Below are positions 39,599-52,799 of a DNA stretch of 54,323 nucleotides, one piece after another (within the stretch, counting starts at the first letter, position 1; each line of letters begins with the position of its first letter). Source of the stretch: Octopus bimaculoides (lineage: Eukaryota); the NCBI RefSeq assembly GCF_001194135.2, contig NC_069000.1:20019648-20073970 (forward strand), in the 5' to 3' direction. The notes under the pieces are model-generated. The model worked only from the letters and a program-made list of their open reading frames with translations, was not told the origin of the DNA and searched no databases. Position numbers and translations under genes: made by a program.

Positions 39599-40250
39599 CC
39601 AATTTTATGAGATGCAAGGACCCAAAACTCCGGGGACAGTACAAAGGGGAAACTCAAAAGAAGGCAGAAAATTTTTTTATAAAACTACAAGAAAAAAAAA
39701 AAAGAAACAGCAAAAACCTCGTGGGGGAATCTACGTCGAGTGCGAGTTCAAAAAACAATAAAGATATATTAGATAATGAAAAGTCTATACGACTGTAATA
39801 AATAATAGAAACTATTACTATAGAGAATATATTAAAGATCAACAGAGATATATCAGATATATATCTACTGAAAATATTGAGTCAGAAGTTATATTCATTG
39901 GGTAATATGCCAGCACTTAGCGGTGAAAACTACGAAATTATAAGCAATTACAAAACAGTATGTGAAAATCATTTCATTAAGATAATAAGGTCCACATCTG
40001 TTAAAACTGACATGGGGATCAATGCAAATTTCTCAGATATAATTGTCAATGACATAAACATAAATGTATGTACTTTGATATATATCTCTATCCGTTCTGT
40101 TCTAAACATCCCTCGAAATGAATTCGAGTTTTCAAAGAACACGTACGAGTAGAACATCGGTTTTTTCGGAATCTGTGGCTCAAAATCCATTTTAGATTAC
40201 TTATTTTTCCGTTCAGGAAGTGATCGCACTGTAAATTGAACAAATGTTAC

Positions 40251-40606
40251 AGGCGCGACTGTGGGTGTGTGGTAAGAAGTTTGCTTCCCAACCACATGGT
40301 TCCGGATTCAGTTCCACTGCGTGACACCTTGAGCAAGTGCCTTCTACCATAGCCTCTGGCCGACCAAAGCCTTGTGAGTGGATTTGGTAGACGGAAACTG
40401 AAAGAAACCTGTCGTATGTATGTATGTATGTATGTATACATATATATACATATATATGTATATATGTTTGTGTGTTTGTGTTCGTCACCCCCACAATTGC
40501 TTGACAACCAATGCAACTTAGCGGTTCGGCAAAATATGCCAATAGAAGTACTAGGCTTACAAAGAATAAGTCCTGGGTTCGACTAAAGGTGGTGCTCCAG
40601 CACACC
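40251..40606 (+). mobile_element. SINE family 1, full length with internal (TATG)n(TA)n
   Basis: Head, internal microsatellite and tail CTTAGCGGTTCGGCAAAA..GTACTAGGCTTACAAAGAATAAGTCCTGGG. Confidence 0.88.
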
Positions 40607-41399
40607 CGCAAATTAGTACGGATCATAAGATGTTTGGGATCATCAACGTCCAGAAAGCCAATGTTGTCTCTGAATCGTGAAAATGAAGTAAACACTATGT
40701 ATGGATTAGCAGTAAAAACGATGAAGGTAATATCGAAATCAGAAAGCATCATAAACAGTACTCCAGCAGGGCCATAGAATTTGGGATGAAACATATAAAA
40801 GGATAAAACGGCTCAACAAATAAGCATAAACATTTCTAAATATGTTTACTGATTCCGATAAATAGCACTACTAGTCATAGACATAACCTACGAGACATTC
40901 AATTCAATAATGCATCTCATTCGGCACAACTCACCTGATATGAACACCCAATACACAGTCAGCACCCAATAAAATAACATAAGCCGCCCGGTATATTATT
41001 CTACCCAAACGCCACCCAATAATAACAACACAGCACATACTGTCACATAGTCAACATCCGACACTATAACATCTCGTGTACCATTATAGTTACACACAAC
41101 TCATATTCTACATATTTGTCACAGAATAATGTAGCAAAGAGACTAGACAGCATTCTCTAATTCAGTTATTCCCAAACATGAGGCACTTAGGAGGCACCAA
41201 GGAACGGATTTTTTTTACGAAGAGGAATGCAGGGAAGAAATTTCAATCATGGGAGGCAATCTTAACTGGCAAATAATGTACTCTGTAAAATGTATATACA
41301 TTCATGCACATACGCATACGTACATGGATGCTGACATACACACACGCACACACATACAAGTGTGTGTGTTTGTGTTAAGTGTATGTAATTATGCATGTA

Positions 41400-41657
41400 T
41401 ACTCTTTTACTCTTTTACTCTTTTACTTGTTTCAGTCATTTGACTGTGGCCATGCTGGAGCACCACCTTTTAGTCGAGCTAATCGACCCCAGGACTTATT
41501 CTTTGTAAGCCTAGTACTTATTCTATCGGTCTCTTTAGCCGAACCGCTAAGTTACGGGGACGTAAACACACCAGCATCGATTGTCAAGCAATGTTGGGGG
41601 GACAAACACAGACACACGAACATATACACACACATACAATAATACATATACATATAT
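41400..41657 (-). mobile_element. SINE family 1 3' half with (AAAAGAGT)3 tail
   Basis: TACTCTTTTACTCTTTTACTCTTTTACTTGTTTCAGTCATTTGACTGTGGCCATGCTGGAGCACC..CCGCTAAGTTACGGGGACG. Confidence 0.88.
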
Positions 41658-42228
41658 NNNNNNNNNNNNNNNNNNNNNNNNNNNNNNNNNNNNNNNNNNN
41701 NNNNNNNNNNNNNNNNNNNNNNNNNNNNNNNNNNNNNNNNNNNNNNNNNNNNNNNNNNNNNNNNNNNNNNNNNNNNNNNNNNNNNNNNNNNNNNNNNNNN
41801 NNNNNNNNNNNNNNNNNNNNNNNNNNNNNNNNNNNNNNNNNNNNNNNNNNNNNNNNNNNNNNNNNNNNNNNNNNNNNNNNNNNNNNNNNNNNNNNNNNNN
41901 NNNNNNNNNNNNNNNNNNNNNNNNNNNNNNNNNNNNNNNNNNNNNNNNNNNNNNNNNNNNNNNNNNNNATATATATATATATATATATATACGTACATCT
42001 ATATTATAAGTGCATATATATACTTAGATATGTGTTATGTGATGTTGCATCCATAATTACATACATGCGTATATACATGGCGGCATATACGCATGTATGT
42101 GTCTATGTATGGCCACAATCTTTTGGCTGAAGCAGGTAAAATAATAGAATAAGGCATAAATAAATTCACACACATCTATGTGTATGCAAGAATGTATGTC
42201 TGTCTCTATCTGGGTGTACTGGTCTGTG

Positions 42229-42281
<53 letters not shown>

Positions 42282-42819
42282 TTGTCTGTCTATCTGTCTG
42301 TCTATATACGTATGTAAGCTGAAATATCAATATATGCAGCTACAACGGCGACGATAAATTCATGGTTGAAAGAACTTGTCTGAGATTATGTCAGAATCGA
42401 GGCTTGTTGACTGGCAATTATATGTTGTCACTGACTAGCGGTTTGAACATGACAGAGGACACGAAGACCTAACCAATGAGAACGTGAATCCGGAATTAGC
42501 AGTGTCTGTCTGAAATATATTCTGGACAATACTGGAAAACAAACTTCATAAACTCTGACCTGTTTTTTTTTTATAGTTGATGTAAGATATAAACTAGCTG
42601 AGACAAGAAAAAAAAAAATCGATTAGTGAATAATCAATGAATTTAACATTTACTTTGCTTTCGGATTTCGCAACAATACATATGAAGGTTTAATCAAAAG
42701 AAAGGTTATGAGCCATTGAAATATGGATAAATATTTTCAATTGATGCAATTAATAAAAAAATATTTATTTCAGTAAATGTTTTAACAACTGAGAAAATAA
42801 TTGTAAATAACTATACAGA

Positions 42820-43720
42820 CGAGGGAAGAAATTATGGCAATCTGTGATGGCGAGGAGAGTCTTGTGACCCGAGTCTCTGATGTTTGTAACTTCAGTGGAT
42901 TAGGGAGTTAGGATGGTTTCTCCTTACGTGAGCCGTTCAGGTGTTGTCTCTGGTCCTGTTATCATCTCATTGAACTTGTGTACCCCTTTAAATATTTTAT
43001 CCAGAAAATGGGGATATGGCATCTTCCAGTTGCCTAGCTTTAGCAGAGCCTGGATCTTTCATTGTTATAGGTGAGCAGAATTGTTCAGGTGCTGTGTTAG
43101 CTGTTTTAATTCATTTTCTCTGGGGTAGTTCATTCATCGCCTATACCTCTTTCCAAAATTCTTCCACTTCTCCTGCTCCTAGTGCTGCATTGATCTCTAT
43201 TCTATTTTTACGAAATTCTTGATAGAATCGATTTGGATTGCAGTTAAACTGCTTGTTTTATTCAAAGAATCGTTGACGTTTTTCATACGGACGGATTCTT
43301 TGTACTTTGGTGAGGATATCTTGCTTTAGTTTTATCCCAAATTTATTTTGGTTTTGTAATTTTAAATTTCTGTAGTATTTCTCTTTCTTGTTGTTTGGTT
43401 CTCAATTTCATTAAGGATTGACAGAATCCTTTCTTTTATCTTCTATATTTCTAATTATTAGCTTTCCATACCGTTTATTTAGGTTGTGATACTCCTATTT
43501 GGATGAATCTAAGGGAGTATCCACTTAGTTTTGTGGCCAGAGGTACTGCTGCATATATCATTTTATTTAGTCTGGTCACATTAACATTTGCTTCTGTTGA
43601 GATTAGTTCTGTGATGGCCAAATTTGTGCTTTGTTATTGTTGTTGCCTTCTTATTATCAAGTCTAATTTTGGGGAAGTACAGTCAGTGGTCCATACTGAG
43701 TTCTGTGGTTTTTAAATCCT
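42820..43720 (-). mobile_element. RLE retrotransposon, pre-RT region fragment
   Basis: Minus strand reads RRYEKRQRFFE*NKQFNCNPNRFYQEFRKN..GEVEEFWKEV, typical of the region N-terminal to RT in R4/Dong-like ORFs. Confidence 0.6.
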
Positions 43721-43751
43721 TGAATATTATATAATATAATTGTTCAACATT

Positions 43752-44167
43752 TGATAGTTTCAGTCAAATTTCTACTCCATCACCGCTACACCTCTGTGTT
43801 GCTGGGGTGTGTACAGCATTGTGTATTCTTTTCTGGTGTTGAGAATGCACGAACTCTTCTCGGTATTGTGTTATTTCTGCTTTTGCTCTTGAGGTGTGGT
43901 TCAATCTTTTGTTGTATCCCCGCTTGAATTGTATGTTGAGTGTGTAATGCGTTGGTTGTGTAGTTGGCTGGTGGAAGTTTATTTCACTGGGTAATTGCTT
44001 TATAGAGTGTGTCTTATGTTTGTGGGTTGTTTTGTTTAGGTTTGTTTAGGTTGTATTATTGAATTGATAATGTCTTGCGTTGGACATGGGCTGTTCCTAG
44101 CAGGGGTATTTTGTGGATAGAATATAGAGTTAAGGATCCATGTATAGCTTCTAGTTTTTTGTTATGC

Positions 44168-44170
<3 letters not shown>
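43752..44170 (-). mobile_element. RLE 3' end, 3' UTR type F, in a minus-strand cluster
   Basis: Reverse complement matches 49040-49417; the 5' junction lies on (TAA)n of the minus strand (44171-44230). Confidence 0.75.
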
Positions 44171-44231
<61 letters not shown>

Positions 44232-44234
44232 GTA

Positions 44235-44468
44235 AAGATTGCTTACCAACATAACATGGCAGTCCTGGTTTAGGACTAATGTTATTTTAATTTAGCCCCA
44301 GGAGACATCGTCTCCAGCTGGCTATACGACACGGTTTGTGTCCTTATATTTTCGAACAAGGACACAAATCGTGTCGTATAGCCAGCTGGAGACGATGTCT
44401 CCTGGGGTTAAATTACAGCAACATTAGTCCTAAATCAGAACTGCCAAGTTATGTTGGCAAACAATCTT
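44235..44468. mobile_element. Fold-back element with ~111-bp arms and a ~12-nt loop
   Basis: AAGATTGCTTACCAACATAAC..TGTGTCCTT pairs with AAGGACACA..GTTATGTTGGCAAACAATCTT; about 10 mismatches. Confidence 0.8.
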
Positions 44469-44528
44469 ACAAAGTACTGTTGCTGAATATCTCACGTTGT
44501 GAGATTTAAAAATAGTAATTTTCATTAC

Positions 44529-44604
<76 letters not shown>

Positions 44605-45160
44605 GTATGAGAGAGCAGTGCATGCCATCATAGTGACACTGGGGTAAAACGTACGAAACCCAGTATACCCATCATGACTACCCGTCTGCTAAGGTTACAC
44701 AAGGCACATGCATCACAACCATATATGCGCAACATGATTATATCATATGGAGGTGAACGCCACATGTCTTTGCAGCTGGGACCCAGTAAGAATTTTCTTT
44801 GGTCGAGTAGACTTTACCGCTCAAAAGATCCCTGAATAAAGGTCGTTTAAGGATGTTGAACGAAACACTCATGTTTCCAGAGGTGAATTATCCAAACCCC
44901 AAAGAATTCCTCTCAACACATGGTTATGATGCTATCCCACTATTTCTGCTCGCGATCAGAGATGCACATATCGTCGGCCATTAAGGGACAAGCTCAACTG
45001 GTTAAGATCAAATAGCTGACAAGCAAATCTATAGTAATGAGCAGAATATTTGCAGTAGCCCATCTTTTATACCAAGACAAATGAATATACAGGATAACAC
45101 TTCCAGTCAGTTAAGATCAGAAGCCACGAGAGCCACTGTCTCGTACTGCATCAGGGCATT
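44605..45160 (-). mobile_element. ~550-bp non-coding TAA-flanked element, complete copy
   Basis: (TTA)n on both sides (44530-44604 and 45161-45215); collinear with 29518-30049. Confidence 0.88.
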
Positions 45161-45186
45161 CATTATTATCATTATTATTATTATCA

Positions 45187-45217
<31 letters not shown>

Positions 45218-45554
45218 TGCTATTGTTGTTGTCAACCTCATCATCATGGTTTCAGCAATTCCACACGAAAGTTATGCTACAACATAAGGGGTATCTCGTG
45301 TTCCCGTAGAGACTTCAGTATCGTACTGTGAAAGTGTGTGTATTCTTTATGTTACGCTTGTTTTATTGTGTTTTGTTGTTATTTTAATGTTTTTCTTCTG
45401 ATTGTGGTGAAGAATATGGCAACAGGAGTCGTGCTACTTGATAGGAAGGCCATAGTTTTTCGTATACTCTACACGAGTTGTCTTACGTGCTATAGGTAAT
45501 GACTGTGTAGGTAAGGAAGGACCAGTTGATTACTGGGTCAATGAAATTGATGAT

Positions 45555-45613
45555 GATGATGAGGAGGAGGAGGAGAAGAAGAAAAAGAAGAAGAAAAAGA
45601 AGAAGAAAAAGAA

Positions 45614-45644
<31 letters not shown>

Positions 45645-45696
45645 AAGAAGAAGAAGAAGAAGAAGAAGAAGAAGAAGAAGAAGAAGAAGAAGAAGA
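45555..45696. repeat. (GGA)n(GAA)n purine tract
   Basis: Read directly. Confidence 0.95.
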
Positions 45697-46020
45697 AAGA
45701 CGAAAAGATAGATAGATACAACCCTCTTAAGTACGAAATTGCCCGGATATGGAAAATGAAGAAAGTGAAGACAGTGGCAATTATTGTTTGGTCCTTGGGA
45801 ACAGCATCAGAAGGCATCAAGAGGAATATAAGGGCAATTAGAATAGAGTGCCCAGTAGAACTGTTACAAAAAGTTTGCCTCCTTGGCACGGCCAGAATAA
45901 TCAGGAAAGTATTAGATAGCTGAAAAGAACGAATAGCATGGTACAGTAGGCTGCAGGTAGCAAACCTGCTACGCACGCAAGACTCCAGGAGCTCCAACAA
46001 AATATGTGAGAATGAGAAAT
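45697..46020 (+). mobile_element. RLE 3' fragment, 3' UTR type E
   Basis: EKIDRYNPLKYEIARIWKMKKV..LQKVCLLGTARIIRKVLDS*; (GAA)n at the 5' side, (CAA)n at the 3' side. Confidence 0.9.
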
Positions 46021-46064
46021 GACAACAACAACAACAACAACAACAACAGCAACAATAATAATAA

Positions 46065-46111
<47 letters not shown>

Positions 46112-46120
46112 ATAATAATA

Positions 46121-47029
46121 CGGAAGGACATTTTCCTGGTAGATTCGCTCACCCTATTCATTACACTTCGTCACTGGGTCAATTCCTCTGACAAATATAG
46201 TGGAGGAATCCAGGCTTGACTATGGGTTTACCAAATCTAAGATGAGAATAAGTCACCTACATTATATGAATGACCTCAAGCTGTATAGAGAAAGAAATGC
46301 GACACACCTTGACTTTCTGATCCAAGCAGTGTGAGTATTCAGGAATGATATTGGAGGTAAGTAAGTGCTCAGTACTAATCATGAAGGAAAGTCAGAAGGT
46401 AGATAGACTTTGATGGTATAAAATTACAAGACAGTATCATTAAATGACTATGGAATAACGAGGGGTACGAATATACGGAAGTGTAGCAATACGACATGAT
46501 AATGGAAGAAGAAATCACAGAGAAAGTCACTAAAGAGGAGAGTTAGGAAGGTGCTCGAAATAAAATTAATGAGATACTCAGCTCCCTTTTTGAAATGGAC
46601 AAAGTTCGAGCTAGAGAACTTGGATAGGAGGACTGGAAAGTTGCTACAATGCACAACACAGTCCCCTCTAAAAGTAATACCGACTAACTCTATCTACCAA
46701 GAAAGGAAGATGCCAGAGGATTACTAAAGGTAGAAGGCACTGTTAATACTGTGCTACTGGGTCAGGAAAATTATGTTGTATAGAGTAAAGAAAGTATACT
46801 ATTGGCAGCCAGAGATACCCAAAAAGTATCCGAAGGCATCAAAAGGAATATAAAAGAAACTGGAAAAGAGTGCTGACAAGAACTGTTACAAAAGGTTTGC
46901 CTCCTTGGCAATCAGGAACAATATTAGATAGCTGAAAAGACCAAATAGCATGGTACCGTAGGTTGCAGGTAGAAAACTCGCTACGCATGCAAGACTCCAG
47001 GATCTCCAACAAAATTTGTGATAAAATGA

Positions 47030-47030
<1 letters not shown>
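46121..47030 (+). mobile_element. RLE copy with type E 3' UTR: RT region joined to the C-terminus
   Basis: ISHLHYMNDLKLY (YMDD-like) and RLYLPRKE-like motifs, then the same 3' end as 45800-46020; (TAA)n on both sides. Confidence 0.85.
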
Positions 47031-47095
<65 letters not shown>

Positions 47096-47255
47096 CGACC
47101 AGAAACGCACGCATCAGTGGTTACGAAGTTCAGGGCTAAAAGCAGAGAGTGAAGGTTTCATATTGGTTGCTCAAGACCAAAGCTTATTAACCCGGAACTA
47201 CCAAGCCAATGTGAAAAAAATGGAGCTGACCCAAAATGCCGATTTTGTAACGATG
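47096..47255 (+). mobile_element. RLE type G fragment starting on (TAA)n, cut by a gap
   Basis: DQKRTHQWLRSSGLKAESEGFILVAQDQSLLTRNYQANV; homologous to 3755-3905. Confidence 0.9.
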
Positions 47256-47915
47256 NNNNNNNNNNNNNNNNNNNNNNNNNNNNNNNNNNNNNNNNNNNNN
47301 NNNNNNNNNNNNNNNNNNNNNNNNNNNNNNNNNNNNNNNNNNNNNNNNNNNNNNNNNNNNNNNNNNNNNNNNNNNNNNNNNNNNNNNNNNNNNNNNNNNN
47401 NNNNNNNNNNNNNNNNNNNNNNNNNNNNNNNNNNNNNNNNNNNNNNNNNNNNNNNNNNNNNNNNNNNNNNNNNNNNNNNNNNNNNNNNNNNNNNNNNNNN
47501 NNNNNNNNNNNNNNNNNNNNNNNNNNNNNNNNNNNNNNNNNNNNNNNNNNNNNNNNNNNNNNNNNNNNNNNNNNNNNNNNNNNNNNNNNNNNNNNNNNNN
47601 NNNNNNNNNNNNNNNNNNNNNNNNNNNNNNNNNNNNNNNNNNNNNNNNNNNNNNNNNNNNNNNNNNNNNNNNNNNNNNNNNNNNNNNNNNNNNNNNNNNN
47701 NNNNNNNNNNNNNNNNNNNNNNNNNNNNNNNNNNNNNNNNNNNNNNNNNNNNNNNNNNNNNNNNNNNNNNNNNNNNNNNNNNNNNNNNNNNNNNNNNNNN
47801 NNNNNNNNNNNNNNNNNNNNNNNNNNNNNNNNNNNNNNNNNNNNNNNNNNNNNNNNNNNNNNNNNNNNNNNNNNNNNNNNNNNNNNNNNNNNNNNNNNNN
47901 NNNNNNNNNNNNNNN

Positions 47916-47968
<53 letters not shown>

Positions 47969-47970
<2 letters not shown>

Positions 47971-49417
47971 CTGGAAGATCAGTGAATTGGGAAACGTGGA
48001 AAAACCATAAAACTATTAACAGCATACCGAAGTCACCATCCCAAACCAGATGAAGGGAATATATTTACCTCGTTCAGAAGGAGGCCGTGTCCTAACACAG
48101 AGAACTACTATAAAATAAGAACAGTTGGACTAGAAAAGTACTTAGAAATAAAAAGTTGAAGAATACATGTAACAATGTTACACGAGAAAAAAGAAAGCAC
48201 TTTTCTCTGTACACAAGGAGGCGATAAAATACAAAAGAGAAACAAACCATTGATACATTCTTCTCAGATGTATTGGTCATAGAAGAAATGGTAAAAGAGA
48301 CGAAAAAAAAAACCAACATGAAACAGAACTACACAGCATTCTAAGGAAGAAATGAAGGGAAAAATCACTCCATGGCCAATACCCTGCAAGGCTTGACAGA
48401 GAAGAAGTGAGCCTAAGTAAAAGTCAACAATGACTCAAAAGCTCTGGATTAAAAGTTGAAACAGAAGGACTGATTCTCGATGCACAAGAACAATGCCTGA
48501 CCACAAACAACTATAAACACAGAAATTAATAAAAGCAAGTCTTAATATCAACTGCAGAATGGGCAACCAGTACAATGAAACAGTTGACCACATCATCTCT
48601 GGCTGTCCAGGCCTTACCAAATCTGAATAAGTACACAGACATGACCGAATAAGTAGTTATCCACTGGACAATATGCCAACACTACATCATAAAAAACTGA
48701 GAGGAAATAGTATAAATATGTGATTCTAAGCAAAGTACATGACAACGACCAAGCCACAATCCTCTGGGATATGCCTGACAGAAATAAAATCTAACCTCCC
48801 AGACATAATAATCAAAAGTTAGAACAAAAAAAGTATCTACTTACTGATAGACATTGCAATCCCTTCTGACCGAAATATAGCACCAAAAAGAAGTGGAGAA
48901 ATTGTCAAAGTACAAAGTCCCTCGAAAGTACAAAAACCCTCGAAATTGAAGTATTCAAACCGTGGAGCATGAAAGTGAAAACAATACAAGTAATAATTGG
49001 TGAATTGAGCATGATAAAAAAACGACAACTTATGAACAAAAATGTAGAAGCTATACCTGGACTCTCAACACTATATGCTATCCAGGAATAGCAACACTTA
49101 AGCAAGACACTGTCAATTCAGAAATACAACCCAAACAAAACAATCAACAACCACAAGACATTCTGTATAGCAAATATCCAATAAAATAAACAACCACCAG
49201 CAGGTCATTTACTAAACAGAAGAACACAACTCGCTTTATACACACAGCACACAGTAGAAAAATTAATACAACAAAGACTGCAACCAGACCCCATAATAAA
49301 ACAGACTGACGCAATATAATACCGTGAAGAGTTTGCGCTCCCCCAACAACAAAAAGAGCATACACCCCAGCAACATAGAGGTGTAGGAGGTGAGGCAGTA
49401 GAAATTTACCTGAAACA
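47969..49417 (+). mobile_element. RLE fragment (thumb to 3' UTR type F)
   Basis: SLHGQYPARL..SSGLKVETEGLI, ETVDHIISGC, PDIII..LLIDIAIPSD; long C/A-rich 3' UTR; (TAA)n on both sides. Confidence 0.88.
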
Positions 49418-49431
49418 AATAATAATAATAG

Positions 49432-49504
<73 letters not shown>

Positions 49505-49506
<2 letters not shown>

Positions 49507-49707
49507 TCTTGGAAGATTGTCACAAACGACACACAAACTTGTCAATAGCCTGGATAGACTATTAAAAAGATTTTGATAGCCTACCACATAACTGGATTAA
49601 GAAATGTCTGGAAGTATATAAAATAGCTCATACTCTGCGAAACTTTTTGTCTGTAGGTATGAGATCATGGAGAACCACACAGACTTTGAACAGTGACAAT
49701 GAAACCA
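49505..49707 (+). mobile_element. RLE RT fragment starting on (TAA)n
   Basis: ILEDCHKRHTNLSIAWIDY*KDFDSLPHNWIKKCL (AWIDYxKAFDSxPH RT motif). Confidence 0.85.
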
Positions 49708-49709
49708 AC

Positions 49710-50532
49710 AGGAAGGCCTCTAGGGATAATCGAGGAACACTACTGTCCGAGATTTCCCTGAAACCCCAGAAGCAAGTGCCCTCTCCAACTCCTTTTCCCT
49801 GACTTACAGGTCTACTCTTAGATAGGTACTATCCACTCTTGCCATTTTCGCAATTTTCATCCCCCTTCAATAAATTCACTCGAGGACAGCACCTCCTGCT
49901 CCACCCTCAATTTCTTCAATGAGAGCTCTATCAAAGAAGAATGCATATGTCTTCATGCTTTTCAGCCTTGTCCACCAAACAACTTCTTTCGCCACAACAA
50001 CCAGGCAAAGGAAAACTGCCTTGCCTGCCCGATTAAAGGATGGCGGCGGTGTGACTATCACCACAGATTCGGTCGACAGACAGATCCGTCCCACACGTGA
50101 CAACAGCTGTTTGACATAACCCCACAAGTCAGCATTGCCTGGACATTGAACGAGAGCATTCAGAACAGTTTCGTCACTCTGCGCGCACTTCAGACAAGCC
50201 CGTCTGACAGCACACCCGTGCCTATAGAGTTTATCTTAGACCGGTAGCTCCCCCGCCTCCAATAGCATTGTCAGGTCAAGGATGTCTGAAAATTATCCAC
50301 GATAGTTCCCGACCGGAAAGCCCTCCAGAACTAACTAACCAGTTCGTTCTCGTCGGCACCCAGTGTCTCTCCGAGAACGTCGTCGCACTTCCCTGCCGCT
50401 AATCCTTTATACATTTCTAAAGTGGGACAACCACTGTTCCCATTGCTCGACTGGCAGAGGGCTGTGAGCACCTGATGACATTCTAGGTGCCTGGTGCCCT
50501 GTCTCGGTCTTTTCTTCACCCAGAACTAATAA
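49710..50532 (-). mobile_element. Tx1-clade ORF2 C-terminus and partial 3' UTR
   Basis: CLKCAQSDETVLNALVQCPGNADLWGYVKQLLSRVGR..AKEVVWWTRLK (zf-RVT-like); homologous to 2900-3330. Confidence 0.85.
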
Positions 50533-51128
50533 NNNNNNNNNNNNNNNNNNNNNNNNNNNNNNNNNNNNNNNNNNNNNNNNNNNNNNNNNNNNNNNNNNNN
50601 NNNNNNNNNNNNNNNNNNNNNNNNNNNNNNNNNNNNNNNNNNNNNNNNNNNNNNNNNNNNNNNNNNNNNNNNNNNNNNNNNNNNNNNNNNNNNNNNNNNN
50701 NNNNNNNNNNNNNNNNNNNNNNNNNNNNNNNNNNNNNNNNNNNNNNNNNNNNNNNNNNNNNNNNNNNNNNNNNNNNNNNNNNNNNNNNNNNNNNNNNNNN
50801 NNNNNNNNNNNNNNNNNNNNNNNNNNNNNNNNNNNNNNNNNNNNNNNNNNNNNNNNNNNNNNNNNNNNNNNNNNNNNNNNNNNNNNNNNNNNNNNNNNNN
50901 NNNNNNNNNNNNNNNNNNNNNNNNNNNNNNNNNNNNNNNNNNNNNNNNNNNNNNNNNNNNNNNNNNNNNNNNNNNNNNNNNNNNNNNNNNNNNNNNNNNN
51001 NNNNNNNNNNNNNNNNNNNNNNNNNNNNNNNNNNNNNNNNNNNNNNNNNNNNNNNNNNNNNNNNNNNNNNNNNNNNNNNNNNNNNNNNNNNNNNNNNNNN
51101 NNNNNNNNNNNNNNNNNNNNNNNNNNNN

Positions 51129-51376
51129 CCATGAATTTTAGCACCTGATACATCTTCCGACCAAAGAAATCGGGTCGCTGCTCTTTGTTCTTCTTTGGTG
51201 CACATTGCTAGTGGAGCGCCCATGCTTCCACTGTAAAGCCAGAAAGAAGAAATGCCGTGATTAGGCTCAAACTTTGATCACGTGACCACAATAGTACCAA
51301 GCATGCATGCGCAGAAGACAGTGTGACAATAATAAAGATATGTTACGGCGAAGGTACGAATAATTTTTGACTTGCC

Positions 51377-51382
<6 letters not shown>
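51129..51382 (-). mobile_element. Mariner 5' end with TIR, cut by a gap
   Basis: TACGAGGGCAAGTCAAAAATTATTCGTACC terminus; MGAPLAMCTKEEQRAATRFLWSEDVSGAKIH. Confidence 0.8.
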
Positions 51383-51420
<38 letters not shown>

Positions 51421-51974
51421 TACCACTGCTATAATCTAAACCTATCAATAGGAACATGTTAAAATACCTTACTGTGATAACATATTTACCATTACTATCA
51501 TGGTCTTGTATGTCTTCACTGCATTTAAAAAAATATACAATGACTAAAATAAGATCAAAACAGACTCCATATCTTTTGTATTATAGAATAATCTCATAAC
51601 ATTCGTTTATTGGATAAGCTTAACTATAAACTGAATATTTTAAAACATATTTGACCAGCGCCACATGGGGATGATACTAAATAACACAAACTGTAAGAAC
51701 GTTGACAAGCAGTGCTCCACGTATCTATAAACGCAATGCTCTATACCATAAGATCGCTTTACAGGTTGTATGATCTTTCATATCAACACATTTTGTAACA
51801 GCTCATTGACTGGCGGTGTCAATTTTCCAAAGAGACAGTAAACATTTTTCTCTCACAGGATTCCTTCACAACCATCATCGTTTAAACAAATAAAATGGCT
51901 TTATTAAAATACGTAGATAACACTATAGCATGATTTTTTAAATGCTCCGTGATATTTCTGAAAAGGAAAACATC

Positions 51975-52110
<136 letters not shown>

Positions 52111-52173
52111 TTCTATACACATCGTGTGCGTGTGTGTGCTTGTGCACACAAATGTATACGTTAGTGTGTGAAT

Positions 52174-52480
52174 GGAAAGCGCATAGCTCAGTGGTTAGGG
52201 GAAATCAGCTCACGATAAGGTCGTGAGTTCAATTCCCGGCGGTGCGCTGTGTCCTTGAATAAGACACTTTATTTCACATTGTTCCAGTCAACTCAGCTGG
52301 CAAAATTAAGTTGTACATGTACTTCAAAGGGCCAGCTTTGTCACATTCTGTGCTACCTTGTATCTCCCTGAGAACTAAGTTAAGGGTTACGCGTGTCTGT
52401 GGAGTGATCAGCCACATGTACGTTAATTTCACGAGCATGCTGTACTGTTGAATGGATCAACTGAAACCGACGGAGTGCCA
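52174..52480 (+). mobile_element. tRNA-derived SINE family 3
   Basis: A box TAGCTCAGTGG, B box GAGTTCAATTCC, TGTGTCCTTGAATAAGACACTTT CORE/V-like domain, tail shared with 9020-9190. Confidence 0.85.
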
Positions 52481-52492
52481 GTTATATGAGTT

Positions 52493-52535
<43 letters not shown>

Positions 52536-52799
52536 TACACACACACACATACACACACACACACACACATACACACAGCGATATGTCTTGGGTTCTGAGT
52601 CCCTTTTAGTGTTGTAGGGACAACATTGTGGTCAAGCAACTCCTCGGGCATTTAAAAAATCTAGTGGAACACATCCTTCCCCAGGTTTGACAATGGCTTA
52701 TTTTTTCCTGAAACACAGCCACAATGACAGAAGATGAAAGTAACAATAGCAAAAGACAATCGATCCCAGTAAGGGAGTATCATTATATTTATCGTCCCT

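Noticed and set aside
39877-40152. 91-aa ORF after the long (TAA)n tract
   Set aside because: Starts at TTG, has AT-biased composition and shows no recognisable motif.
40213-40794. 193-aa minus-strand ORF with a protein-like N-terminus
   Set aside because: Most of it crosses a SINE; the rest lies antisense to what looks like a decayed RLE RT segment (KNDEG..IEFGMKH).
44605-44720. HDV-like ribozyme at an end of the 550-bp element
   Set aside because: Only a CAGTG/CACTG stem is visible; I could not build P1.1, P2 and P3 by eye.
52174-52250. tRNA gene
   Set aside because: It has A and B boxes but no cloverleaf, and it continues into a SINE body; the same holds for the other SINE heads.
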